Part shown: piece by piece, positions 42,501-51,407 of the stretch
Position numbering within the stretch: position 1 is the stretch's first letter
Layout: the number at the start of each line of letters is the position of its first letter
DNA from: Ignavibacteriota bacterium
Lineage (GTDB): Bacteria; Bacteroidota; Ignavibacteria; UBA10030
Assembly: GCA_963701295.1 (NCBI GenBank)
Contig: OY969585.1
Location: forward strand, 2,528,001-2,592,000
Direction: 5' to 3'
DNA: 64,000 bases
The notes under the pieces: model-generated
The model's database searches: none
Seen by the model: only the letters and a program-made list of their open reading frames with translations
Told to the model about the DNA's origin: nothing
Program-made: the position numbers and the translations under genes

Positions 42501-42631
42501 TCGTTCAAGGGAACCGATGCAGCGTAGGGAACATCGCCCTCTTTCATCTTCCAGTCCGAAACTATCGTCCGCACAGGATAGATAGAATCTTTGATGAAAG
42601 GATGTATTTGTTCAAGCAGATCAATTGCCAT
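39503..42631 (-). CDS. GH38 alpha-mannosidase
   Basis: GHSHIDTAWMW, WLPDSFG, GYGDGGGGP, NQFHDLLPG, SLLNDCKYG. Confidence 0.93.
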   Translation of the reverse strand: MAIDLLEQIHPFIKDSIYPVRTIVSDWKMKEGDVPYAASVPLNDKSWTSIRIPFHWGKYDRTYWFRQTITITEKFAGKPLVLLLDFPEALLYLNGKPFHGINQYHNEILICEKSKLNERFVIAVQAYSGRKHEHNIFGIAELAVLDTTARRLDSALSVLHDLEKQVDHGSDDSKEIRDLIRRTLIFLKYFRPGSEEYPNAIRRAYNFLLNTLETEHRTNLPGLIHLIGHSHIDTAWMWSLQETVRKCGRTFSTVLRLMEEFPELKYSQSQPVLYEFTKTHYPDLYKQIKQRITEGRWEPLGTMWTEADCNIPNGESLVRQVLFGKRFLKEEFGVDSNTLWLPDSFGFNGALPQILLKAGITNFYTSKLSWNDTTEFPFTSFWWQGIDKSKVLAHFSPLGLEAQITPKFLQKSGAPAQGEPPVSPILQTFGYGDGGGGPTKENLEFAVVLKNIVGLPASQLSTVQEFFKQLEEPSAEYPTWNNELYLETHRGTYTTQAWIKKENRECETLLYTSELLSTFALLYGKNAAARRYPRTELEQAWKKLLLNQFHDLLPGTAIADAYKDAQQDYQAIRTTCSAVIAQCIQGISQPAKKSKIDFSFTVFNSLNWQRSAYVELFVKSREKHFSVEDIHAQPIEHQVVERTKEGQKFLCFVTDIPSFGFKQIFVHTRQTASNASEPWKASTHGIETPYFRVRLDNKGSFSSLYAKHLRRELLEKGKRANSFVTFRDMPKLWEAWNIDAEFEKHKTEPWTVKQIKIIEHGPLRATIRIELKTENGSALSQDVHFYHQTPRIDFQTHIRWHEKQTLMKVAFPFNMKTSSAMYEIQFGAIQRSSKPRTEEDKAKFEVPAQQWADMSDAKYGVSLLNDCKYGYDAKGSTLRLTLLRSPHYPHPIDPSRSDESLIDQGEHTFCYALYPHNGDWMKGRTVQNARELNNPVLVFPNILVEGIPSLMESSKPSIIVDSVKKAEESDAVIIRMHEAHGMATDTLLHFGIDTANIVECNLLEIDEKPHKVTKSKLPIKFKPFEIRTLKLTPKEPKKKSRK

Positions 42632-43002
42632 ACTAAGTCACTTTAAAATAACTATGAGAAATCGTGGTGGAAAATATAGATTCTTAATGAAATGAGCAAA
42701 TGGAAAATGGCAAATAATAAAGATTTATTTCTAGGATAAGCATAGCAAAAAGCAGTAGGATCTGTTGTTTTTGAATGACTAGAATTGAAAACTGGGAAAA
42801 ATGCCAATGAAAAAGCAAAAAAGTCAAATTTCCGGACACTTTAAAGGGATAAAGGCAAGTTTTTTCTTAGGATAACAGGAGGCAAGGAAATAATTGTCGT
42901 TCTGGAGATTGATCTGGCAGGTATGTATCCGCTTTGCGGGATTCTCAAAATGGCAATACGTGGAACCTGCACTTCTTTTGCTAACTGTAGACGTTTGAGA
43001 CG

Positions 43003-43075
43003 TAGCGCTAACGGGAATCGAACCCGTATTTAAGCCTTGAGAGGGCTCCGTCCTAAACCGTTAGACGATAGCGCC
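43003..43075 (-). tRNA. tRNA-Glu (CTC)
   Basis: GGCGCTA/TAGCGCT acceptor stem, GAGCC-CT-CTC-AA-GGCTT anticodon arm, GTTCGATTC. Confidence 0.95.
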
Positions 43076-43085
43076 AAATAATACG

Positions 43086-43158
43086 CTGCCCCGCTAGGGG
43101 TCGAACCTAGACTTTCCTGATCCAGAGTCAGGCGTGTTGCCAGTTACACTACGGGGCA
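43086..43158 (-). tRNA. tRNA-Gln (CTG)
   Basis: TGCCCCG/CGGGGCA acceptor stem, CCTGA-CT-CTG-GA-TCAGG anticodon arm, GTTCGAC. Confidence 0.95.
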
Positions 43159-43241
43159 AATTATTATATACTCAATATACAAAACGAACAACTTGCAGGC
43201 AATAGAATATTCTGAAGCGTATCCTAATCTTATACATTCTT

Positions 43242-44513
43242 TTAAGAATGAACAGCGGGAACATCAAATCGCACTGTCTTATCCCAAATACGTTTTTCTT
43301 TCTTGATGAGGTCTTGATACACTGATTTGATGACCACATAGATCCATAATTGACTGTAGGTAAAATACATCAGAATGATGATTGCAAGATTTGTCAGAGT
43401 ATCTTCTCCATCATAGGAGATAGAAAGAAATAATTCAAAGAGAAAAAGAATTAACGATGTCACCCAGACGAATGTATATGGACCGGGAAGTGAAATTGTG
43501 ACAAGCTGAAACAAACTCACAAGGAAGAGGATGTCGGAAAAAACGATGGCGACAAAGAAAATATAATACAGCGAAAGTGTATAGAGCAGATCAAATGCCA
43601 TGCGCTTGCTTTTGAAGCGCGGAATTTCTTTCCAGAATTTTTTTACGACATAATTATTGCCGCGTACCCATCGCATCCTCTGTTTAATCCACGTACCCCA
43701 CTGCTGCGGTTCCTGTTCATAGGTGATTGCATAAGGGATGAATTTAATTTTGTAGCCTTCTTCGTAGATACGAATACTGAGTTCTGAATCTTCCGTCAAT
43801 GCTTCTTCATCCCAACCGCCGAGTTTCTTGATAATATGATGCCACATCACGAAGTTTGTTCCGGGCAAGGTGGAAATGCCATGCATCTGCCACCGGCCTG
43901 CTTGCAACATTGATTGGAAGCTCAGCGTTTCGATGTTGATGAAGCGAGTCAGGAGTGTGGCGTTCTTATTCACGGTACGGAACTTACCAATCACAGCTCC
44001 AAGGTCTTTGTGGAGTAGCAACTGAGCGACAAGATATCGCAAGGAATCTTTATCCGGAGTGTTGTCGGCGTCGTAAATAGCGATGATATCACCTTTCGCT
44101 TGTTTGATGCCGAGATTGAGTGTTCGCGATTTTCCTCTACCGCCCTCACCTTTTGGTATATCGAATAATTGTACTCGCGCATCTTTTACTGCATACTGCT
44201 CGATGATACTCTTTGTTCCATCCTTCGATCCATCATTAATAACGATGATCTGCAGTCTGTCCTTCGGATATTCCAGCTTGAGCATAGACTCGATGGTCGA
44301 AGCGATCACTTTTTCCTCATTATGTGCAGGAATAAGAATCGAACACGTAGGATAATCAAATGAGCGGTTGTCAACCTCACGTTTCTCCTTCATCGATCGA
44401 ACATAGTTGATATAGCCGAAGACTGTGAGAATGAACTGGTATGCGATGGTAAACCAAATGAGAATAACAGCAATGACAAAGAGAAAGCTTAGGTCAACTT
44501 CAAGAATGGTCAT
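43242..44513 (-). CDS. Processive GT2 glycosyltransferase (YdaM/IcaA-like)
   Basis: IPAHNEE, DGSKD, DAD, LTED and QRMRW (D,D,D,QxxRW); TM helices at both ends. Confidence 0.9.
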   Translation of the reverse strand: MTILEVDLSFLFVIAVILIWFTIAYQFILTVFGYINYVRSMKEKREVDNRSFDYPTCSILIPAHNEEKVIASTIESMLKLEYPKDRLQIIVINDGSKDGTKSIIEQYAVKDARVQLFDIPKGEGGRGKSRTLNLGIKQAKGDIIAIYDADNTPDKDSLRYLVAQLLLHKDLGAVIGKFRTVNKNATLLTRFINIETLSFQSMLQAGRWQMHGISTLPGTNFVMWHHIIKKLGGWDEEALTEDSELSIRIYEEGYKIKFIPYAITYEQEPQQWGTWIKQRMRWVRGNNYVVKKFWKEIPRFKSKRMAFDLLYTLSLYYIFFVAIVFSDILFLVSLFQLVTISLPGPYTFVWVTSLILFLFELFLSISYDGEDTLTNLAIIILMYFTYSQLWIYVVIKSVYQDLIKKEKRIWDKTVRFDVPAVHS

Positions 44514-44519
44514 AAGAGA

Positions 44520-47500
44520 TTATGCCTTTCGATATTCCAATGCACGTCGTACGATTTTCAGGATAAAGTACATAAGCAAAAGCAGAGAGATAGCCAATGC
44601 ACTGAAGATCGCAATTGCCGTCGTAGACCAGAAACTCGTTATGTTGACACCATACGCGAACTTGTCACCAGTGACAATATTCGCCTTGTGGACTCCTTGC
44701 GGAAGAAAGATACTGTAGCAATCATTTCCTTTCATCGTCGTGAATTCCACAGGTTCGCCATCCACTGTCACCGTGGTGGGCATATTGCTCAGTGAAATTA
44801 ACATTCGTGCATCAGACTTGTATTCTACTGTCACATCCCGTAAACCGTAGCTCGCAGATTTGATCGACCCCGTTGAAGACATGATGCGGGTTTGAAGTTC
44901 GTATGCAGAGAATGTACTTGCAGTCTGCGGTGCCAGAAGGATGGAATGATCACCAGCCGGTATCATATATCGGTTATCGCGGAAGGGAGGAAGATGTGTG
45001 CCATCGAGAGTTATTTCAGTAATCTCTTTTGGAAGGCGCAGTACAAACGAATATGGTGCATCGGTCGTCATTCCAGATTCTGTAAAATGATAATGAACTT
45101 TACTCGCCAAGGCATACGAAAATAAACTCAAATCTTGGGGATTAACACTTGACTCGGAATAAATCGTTAGCCGTGAAGCTCCGAGAGAAGCCGCACGAAT
45201 AAGATGAAAGCTTTCCGTTCCTGTTTGAATGAGTGTAGGGAATGGGATGATCGCATCCTTGTTTCTGAAGCTGAGGATGTTCAAGTCGAGCATGAGTTGA
45301 GAGGAATCGACGAGCTGGCTGTACTGCTTTCCCATCTCAATATACCGGCGTGGATCGCTTGACCATTTCGATTGAGGATCTTCGACCTGTAATGTGAAGC
45401 CGAATCGCTTCTGGAGATCAAGGATGCTGTGCATGTCAATGCCGAACTGTTCACGGAGTTCCGGCGAACCGAAATTGTCCAATGCTGTGACAATGATTTG
45501 GAAGCCCGGTTTGCTTTTGGCGATTTTATCGAATACACTAAGAAGAGTTTCATAAACACTTTTTAACTTCTGCACCCGATAATTGACGATTGCTTCTTTC
45601 ACAACTATGTTTGTTTTCCAATAGGACGGTGAAAGTGAATCAAATACCGCTTTCAGATCAATACCGTACTTTCTTCTCAACTCTAATTTTGCAGATGGAT
45701 GAGCAGGAGTAAATTGTTTTGGTTCTTCAAAACCTCGTCCTGACTCAAAATAGAGTTCCGCGAGATCGACACCATCCCAATCATACGATTCAAGAAAAGA
45801 ACGAAATTCCTTCGTTATTTCTTCAACACATTGGGTATCGGTAAGGGCAATTGGATATCGCCAAGCCGGTTTGGCATCGTCGCCGAAGACATTCTTTTCG
45901 CGCCAAGCTGGATGATTGTTCCAGAACATTTGACTCACCTGAGGCGGCTCCAACCAAGCATACACAAGAATACCGTTCGCATGAGCTAAACGAATTAAAC
46001 GCGCATAATCGTACGTATATTTTGGATATTCATGCCAGCCGGAGACGTGAATAATGCGAATCCCGTTTGCTACCCAAGAGCGGATCATATTCTCGATACT
46101 GTACAAATGCCGAAATCCTGGGTCGAAGAATACTTCAAGCTGTTCGCGCCGCACAACAGGACGCAATTGAAAATACCTGCGAATATACTCAATGAAGTAC
46201 GGATAATTTGAATATCCTTGCTGGGAATACGCATCAAATCGCGAGTTGATATAGAGAATTTTTCCCTTGCCGTAATGCTTGCCGATGACCATTGGAGATT
46301 CGGTTGCTTCGGCAGCGCAGAAAACTTTATCGAGGTTGTCGGTGTCGAACTTGTTCACGAGTTCGGCATAGCGCCAAACTATTTCTTCTTCAGGAAACAG
46401 TTTGTCGCGAACATGACGAACTCTCATACGCGTGCTTGCATATTGTATCCCAAATTCTTCAGCAAGGTCGGTTTTGGAATCGAGAATGATATTGCCACCG
46501 GAAGCGACGTACTGTGTAATAGTGGTAATGTCCCGGTCCGTGAGTGAATCAGCAATTGCCGCAGGAACAATGAGGAGGTTGTATTTCGATGGAATAATCG
46601 GCTGTCCGAGAAATACTGTATCCACCGCTATACTAACGCTTCGCAATGTGGATGCAAATGACGCCTGATCATTGAAAAAAGCACCGCGTGCAAAGTGGTT
46701 CCATAAAAGCATGACGTGCGCCGTATTCCACTCATCTTCCTTTGTAAAAATATTGTCATACACTCGTTCTACTTGAGAAACGGTTTTTTCAACGAATGTT
46801 TGTTTGTGCTCCCGGAATTCCGTAGGTTCGGCTTTGTAAAATTCGTCTGGTTCCAGCGTCACGTGCTTTGTAACAGTGCCAAGGAGCCGCTTTTCGGAGA
46901 TCGGCCGATCTCTCAATTCTCCAGATTTGTCGAAATATGCTTCAGATAAATATTGATCTTGGAGTGTGATAGAATAGTCCTGTGTGCCGGAAAGGATGAT
47001 GCGATCTTTTGTTTTGACCCAGTTTGTCTCTTCCCGCATATCGAGAAACGTGTAGCCAAGTTTTTCCAGTCCATCGGCAAGCTGTTTTAGTAAATCAAGA
47101 TCGAGAAAAGAATGGAAGAATGCGGTTGCAATTCCGTCTCGAATATACAATTGAGATTTCGCATTCTTCAGCAGTTCGTCAACGGACGCACGGCTTGCTG
47201 CTTTATCTGGATTCAATGGGACATAGCCGAGGTTTTCCGGATAAATCGTCTGTCCAAAAAGGTCTTTTTTGATAATGTAAGGGAAGAACTGGCTGAAGTC
47301 GGCATCTTCAATAGAAAGCCGCTGTTCGCATGCTGTGCTAAAATACTTTGCAACGGTCTTATACAAAGTGAACGAAGCTGTGTAATGCGGTGTTTCCCAG
47401 ACGAGCGGGTAGAGGTCATTCTTCATAAATTCCTGAATACCCATTTCAATTTTTCGGGTATCGCCTTCTTCTGTTTCGCCTTTGATAGGTCCGCCTGTGT

Positions 47501-48473
47501 TGTCATCCCAGAACTCATAATCGGCTGCTGTCACACCTTTGTACTGATGTGTTATCCCGTGCATTACTATGGTGCCGCCATTGTGCACCATATATTGTAA
47601 TGCATCCACAAGATCAGGTTTGTCAGAGAGGCTCAAACGAGTTCCTTCACCGGGATCGACGAAGAAGGGAATTACTCCAACCATGAATGGAATGTCGCGG
47701 CTGGAAAGAATGTCTGCTATTTCGCGGAGATTGTCCGGATTATCGTAGACAGAGACATCTTCGATACGGATCATCGCACGATGTGATATCTCATGATCTT
47801 CGTGGAGGATGTCATGAAGATAATCCGCAAAGTAATTGTAATGATCGCCAGGGATCGCATATGCAAATGGAGACGCCGCAAAATAGATGAGATTTTTTGT
47901 TGAAATAGCATACGGCGATTCTCTTTGTTTGGTCGTAGAATATGCCTTTCCGAGAATTTTAACTTTGCCTGCATTTGTGATACGAATGATATCGAGATGG
48001 GATTCGGTTTTGGTGAATGTTGCGCCGTTTGCAAAAACCTGATCGAACTTTGTGACAGAATCGATGTGGGTAACGGTAAAACCGAACTTCTTCTGCATAT
48101 CATACCGCTGGCAAAATTCCACCATTCCTGTGTTGAGCCAAATAACAGGCTTGTCTGTAGTATACACATCCAAAAGAAATTTCGTGGGGACATTATTGCG
48201 GGCTTCGTAGCCAATGTAAAATGTGTAATCATAATTCTGGAGTTCACCGAACTTGTAGTCCTGTACACCTATAAGGGTCGTCGAAGTATTGAAATGCCCA
48301 AGAAGTGCCGCGAGCTGCCGCCCGTCTCCAACAGCGTAATTTTTCATACTCGATGATCCTTCAACAACGATGAGAACTTTTTTAAGAGGGAACGTATCGC
48401 CGGAAAGAGAAAGAGCACTTTGAAACATACAACAGGTGAAGATGATAAAAAGAATCCGGATAGTCTGTTTCAT
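44520..48473 (-). CDS. Large DUF2334 (YdaL-like polysaccharide deacetylase) multidomain protein with C-terminal TM anchor
   Basis: Signal peptide from ATG 48473; IRIEDVS, MHGITHQY, WETPHY, PENLGYV, FFH; later WDGVDLAELYF barrel-like region; C-terminal TM. Confidence 0.78.
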   Translation of the reverse strand: MKQTIRILFIIFTCCMFQSALSLSGDTFPLKKVLIVVEGSSSMKNYAVGDGRQLAALLGHFNTSTTLIGVQDYKFGELQNYDYTFYIGYEARNNVPTKFLLDVYTTDKPVIWLNTGMVEFCQRYDMQKKFGFTVTHIDSVTKFDQVFANGATFTKTESHLDIIRITNAGKVKILGKAYSTTKQRESPYAISTKNLIYFAASPFAYAIPGDHYNYFADYLHDILHEDHEISHRAMIRIEDVSVYDNPDNLREIADILSSRDIPFMVGVIPFFVDPGEGTRLSLSDKPDLVDALQYMVHNGGTIVMHGITHQYKGVTAADYEFWDDNTGGPIKGETEEGDTRKIEMGIQEFMKNDLYPLVWETPHYTASFTLYKTVAKYFSTACEQRLSIEDADFSQFFPYIIKKDLFGQTIYPENLGYVPLNPDKAASRASVDELLKNAKSQLYIRDGIATAFFHSFLDLDLLKQLADGLEKLGYTFLDMREETNWVKTKDRIILSGTQDYSITLQDQYLSEAYFDKSGELRDRPISEKRLLGTVTKHVTLEPDEFYKAEPTEFREHKQTFVEKTVSQVERVYDNIFTKEDEWNTAHVMLLWNHFARGAFFNDQASFASTLRSVSIAVDTVFLGQPIIPSKYNLLIVPAAIADSLTDRDITTITQYVASGGNIILDSKTDLAEEFGIQYASTRMRVRHVRDKLFPEEEIVWRYAELVNKFDTDNLDKVFCAAEATESPMVIGKHYGKGKILYINSRFDAYSQQGYSNYPYFIEYIRRYFQLRPVVRREQLEVFFDPGFRHLYSIENMIRSWVANGIRIIHVSGWHEYPKYTYDYARLIRLAHANGILVYAWLEPPQVSQMFWNNHPAWREKNVFGDDAKPAWRYPIALTDTQCVEEITKEFRSFLESYDWDGVDLAELYFESGRGFEEPKQFTPAHPSAKLELRRKYGIDLKAVFDSLSPSYWKTNIVVKEAIVNYRVQKLKSVYETLLSVFDKIAKSKPGFQIIVTALDNFGSPELREQFGIDMHSILDLQKRFGFTLQVEDPQSKWSSDPRRYIEMGKQYSQLVDSSQLMLDLNILSFRNKDAIIPFPTLIQTGTESFHLIRAASLGASRLTIYSESSVNPQDLSLFSYALASKVHYHFTESGMTTDAPYSFVLRLPKEITEITLDGTHLPPFRDNRYMIPAGDHSILLAPQTASTFSAYELQTRIMSSTGSIKSASYGLRDVTVEYKSDARMLISLSNMPTTVTVDGEPVEFTTMKGNDCYSIFLPQGVHKANIVTGDKFAYGVNITSFWSTTAIAIFSALAISLLLLMYFILKIVRRALEYRKA

Positions 48474-48507
48474 GAAAGCTTTGCTCAAAATCGTTAATGC
48501 CACTTAG

Positions 48508-48554
48508 AAAAAAAGCCCGTAAAGGATGGAAGTGTATCGAACCGTTGCGGGCTA
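48508..48554 (-). terminator. Terminator-like hairpin in the leader of the DUF2334-GT2 pair
   Basis: Minus strand AGCCCGCAA...TTACGGGCT followed by a T-run, just upstream of the CDS. Confidence 0.5.
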
Positions 48555-48769
48555 ATTTTAGAATTCATTCTTTCATGAATAATTTAGTAGATTATTGGAG
48601 TGAAATCAAGAATATTTGCAATGTATCTGTTAAGACGTCCACCAACCGCCACTAAGATAGCGATTAAGAAAGAAGGTGGACAAAAAAGTCCTGACAGCAT
48701 AGGAAACAATATGTTTTATGATCCAGTAAAAGTCGCTTGTAAAAGCATCCACATATCTTAAAGTGGGAT

Positions 48770-48790
48770 CGTTCAGCTGAACGCCCCTAC
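48770..48790. repeat. REP-like palindrome with GTAG foot
   Basis: CGTTCAGCTGAACG palindrome followed by CCCCTAC (reverse complement GTAGGGG). Confidence 0.6.
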
Positions 48791-49084
48791 AAAAGCAAAC
48801 CATCAATGGACTAATTCATTGTGATGGTCTCACGTCCTTAAATTGGATTTGAAATACCAAATCTTTGTATGTTCAGACGTCATCTCGACCATGCTTATGT
48901 GCAGCTGAACCAGCGAGTCGACTTACATTATCAGGATTCCGACTCTCTTTTGCAATGTTTCTTATGTGTTACGAGGGGGTGATCGAATCGCATGTTTTCT
49001 ATTGAGAGGATATTGTTTTTCCTGTGAAAAGTTTGTAGTATGAAACCATTACAACAATCTTTCCATAATCGAGATGATGGTACG

Positions 49085-49495
49085 ATGCCGTATAAAGTTC
49101 TCGTAGCTGATGACGATGAAGGCCAGCGTAAGTCTCATGGCTTTGCCCTCGAAGTCGCCACGGCTATTATCGAAGATGAAATTGCAATTACTGAAACAGC
49201 GACGAGCGTCGATACGTGGGCGAAAATTAAATCCGAGGTGTTCAATCTGATCATTCTCGATAATGATTTTAAAGATAACAATCTGAAGGGGCATCTTCCC
49301 GGTATCGCGCTTCTAGAGCTGTCAAAGAAAGAAAGCCCGAATCGCAATACTCCGACTTTCTTTTGCAGCGCGGATGCTTATGATACTCTTAAAGCGATGG
49401 TAGAGAGACATGGCGGAATATATCTCCCAAAAGTTGGCTACGATATAGAAAAAGTTGCCCAGCTCTTTGCAGATACCATGGTGAAGAAGAAGTAA
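49085..49495 (+). CDS. Atypical stand-alone receiver-domain protein
   Basis: VLVADDD, IILD, FFCSA, YLPK; ATG at 49085. Confidence 0.75.
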   Translation: MPYKVLVADDDEGQRKSHGFALEVATAIIEDEIAITETATSVDTWAKIKSEVFNLIILDNDFKDNNLKGHLPGIALLELSKKESPNRNTPTFFCSADAYDTLKAMVERHGGIYLPKVGYDIEKVAQLFADTMVKKK

Positions 49496-49561
49496 GGTAA
49501 TATGGCACGATGTCGAATGGAAAGGTCACCGAAGGTGACCTTTTCTTGTTTTCGAGAGTAG

Positions 49562-50812
49562 ATGAATTCAAACGAAATACAATCCAGAAATTTTCGCTAC
49601 CACACCATCGAAGGCGCGCTTTATATCAGCGCTACTGGTGCATTGATATCCACACAGACGATCATGCCGGCACTGATCAAGCGCTTGGGCGGAGGCGATG
49701 TACTCATCGGTACCTGGCCCGTTGTAATGTATTTAGCATACTTTCTCCCTCAGGTAATCTCCGCAAATAACTCCGGCGCAGCTCAATACCGCAAACCGTT
49801 TGTTATAAAACTTGGATTCATTCAGCGTATGCATATTCTTTTATTGGCTTGGGTCATTGCGCTATGGGGAGAATCTGCACCGGCGCTTGCCCTCATTTTC
49901 TTGTTCCTTTTATTTATCTCTAATCAAATGACATCAGGCTCTGTATCCCCGGTTTGGATGGACTTCCTTGCAAAGACAACTTCGCCTGAAAGCAGAGGGA
50001 AACTTGTTGGGTGGAGAGCTTCTCTCGGAGCATTGCTCGGTTTGGTAAATGGATTTATTTTAACAGTACTTCTGACAATTATTTCTTTTCCGTATAATTA
50101 TGCAGCAGTCATTGGGCTGGCGTTTCTCTACCAAATGAGTTCATTGGTAGCACAGCAAAAGATTGTGGAGGAACAGCCTTCAGCAGTTACTGCTCCGGTG
50201 CGTCTTTCTGAATTATTTGCACGCATGCGATTCATTGTTGCAGGCAATCGTCCCTTCAGAAGGTTCCTTGTCGCATCTGTATTGCTCACAGGGAGTTTCT
50301 CCTCCGTTGCATTTTTTACCGTTGCCGCGATGAAGCAATTTGATCTCTCAGAATCGACGGTGGGAATTTTTACGGTTGTGATGATTATTGGACAAATTCT
50401 CAGTGGTGTAATGTTAGGATGGGTAGCGGATACGAAAGGGACGAAGAGGGCATTACTTATTTGTGGAATAAGTTTATTACTCTCGATTGTCATTGCATTA
50501 TTTGCACAGTCGGTCATCTGGTTCTATTTCGTATTTATATGTATGGGCATCAATGTTGGCGCTGAAATGTCTATGCGATACAATTTTGCAGTGGAATGCG
50601 CGCCAGAGAGAGAACGTCCGATGTATGTCGGTATTATGAATGCTTGGTTTGCGCCCGTCTATCTGATTTCACCATTAGCCGGATGGCTGAGCGCGAACTA
50701 TGGGTACAATTATGTCTTTTGGCTGTCGCTCGCCATTGGCAGTGCTGGAATTATTCTCTTAGCGAAGACACCGGATCTGCGTGCGGAGAAACTTGCGCTT
50801 TCCTCGAAATAA
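49562..50812 (+). CDS. MFS transporter
   Basis: About 12 TM segments, GWVADTKGTKR motif-A-like loop. Confidence 0.88.
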   Translation: MNSNEIQSRNFRYHTIEGALYISATGALISTQTIMPALIKRLGGGDVLIGTWPVVMYLAYFLPQVISANNSGAAQYRKPFVIKLGFIQRMHILLLAWVIALWGESAPALALIFLFLLFISNQMTSGSVSPVWMDFLAKTTSPESRGKLVGWRASLGALLGLVNGFILTVLLTIISFPYNYAAVIGLAFLYQMSSLVAQQKIVEEQPSAVTAPVRLSELFARMRFIVAGNRPFRRFLVASVLLTGSFSSVAFFTVAAMKQFDLSESTVGIFTVVMIIGQILSGVMLGWVADTKGTKRALLICGISLLLSIVIALFAQSVIWFYFVFICMGINVGAEMSMRYNFAVECAPERERPMYVGIMNAWFAPVYLISPLAGWLSANYGYNYVFWLSLAIGSAGIILLAKTPDLRAEKLALSSK

Positions 50813-50859
50813 CTTTACATTTTCTATAGAAATATTTTTATATAGTAAAGGAGCCTCCT

Positions 50860-51402
50860 GTGTACGAGAGATGTATCAATGAAGCTGAGTTGATTCTGAC
50901 CACCCAGAAAGATGCACAGGCGCCGGTGCGCAAAATATGGGAAGAGGTTGCTCGACGTGCAAAAGTAGAGGGGTTTGCAGTTGCGACGCTTTCGGATTTT
51001 AGTACAATGCTCGAAGGTGATCGACGCTTTCTGATTATTCCTGCACAAATCAAAAATCAGGAAGACCAAGAAATACCGAAAGACGCCGAGCTTGAAGATT
51101 CGGAAATGGAACGTCTTGGTTTCTTTTCTGAGGATCAGGTGAAACTGCGCACTGCGCGCGTCATGGAGCGTCCCATCAGTGAAGACGAAGAAGAAATCGG
51201 AAGTATACGGCGCCGAGCGTTTGTTAGTCATGCGATGAAAAAAAATCCGACAGCTGTAAAAAAGAACGGATCTCCCGCATCCCATAAATCTCCAAAGTCA
51301 CTAGTGAAGGAAAAAACTTTTTCTAAGAAATCGAAAGTCGTTAAAAAGACGAAGCCGCCTAAGAATCGAAAATCGAAACCACGCACACGAAGTAAGAAAT
51401 AA
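50860..51402 (+). CDS. Hypothetical protein with highly basic C-terminal tail
   Basis: 180-aa ORF ending 6 bp before prmC; acidic core, K/S/P-rich tail. Confidence 0.7.
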   Translation: MYERCINEAELILTTQKDAQAPVRKIWEEVARRAKVEGFAVATLSDFSTMLEGDRRFLIIPAQIKNQEDQEIPKDAELEDSEMERLGFFSEDQVKLRTARVMERPISEDEEEIGSIRRRAFVSHAMKKNPTAVKKNGSPASHKSPKSLVKEKTFSKKSKVVKKTKPPKNRKSKPRTRSKK

Positions 51403-51407
51403 CCTGC

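Noticed and set aside
43003-43158. tRNA pair as integration site of a prophage or ICE
   Set aside because: No integrase, phage genes or clear duplicated tRNA 3' end was found for these two tRNAs in the window.
48729-48924. 6S-RNA-like long hairpin (AAGTCG...CGACTT ends)
   Set aside because: Only short terminal complementarity; the interior is explained by a REP-like palindrome and local hairpins.
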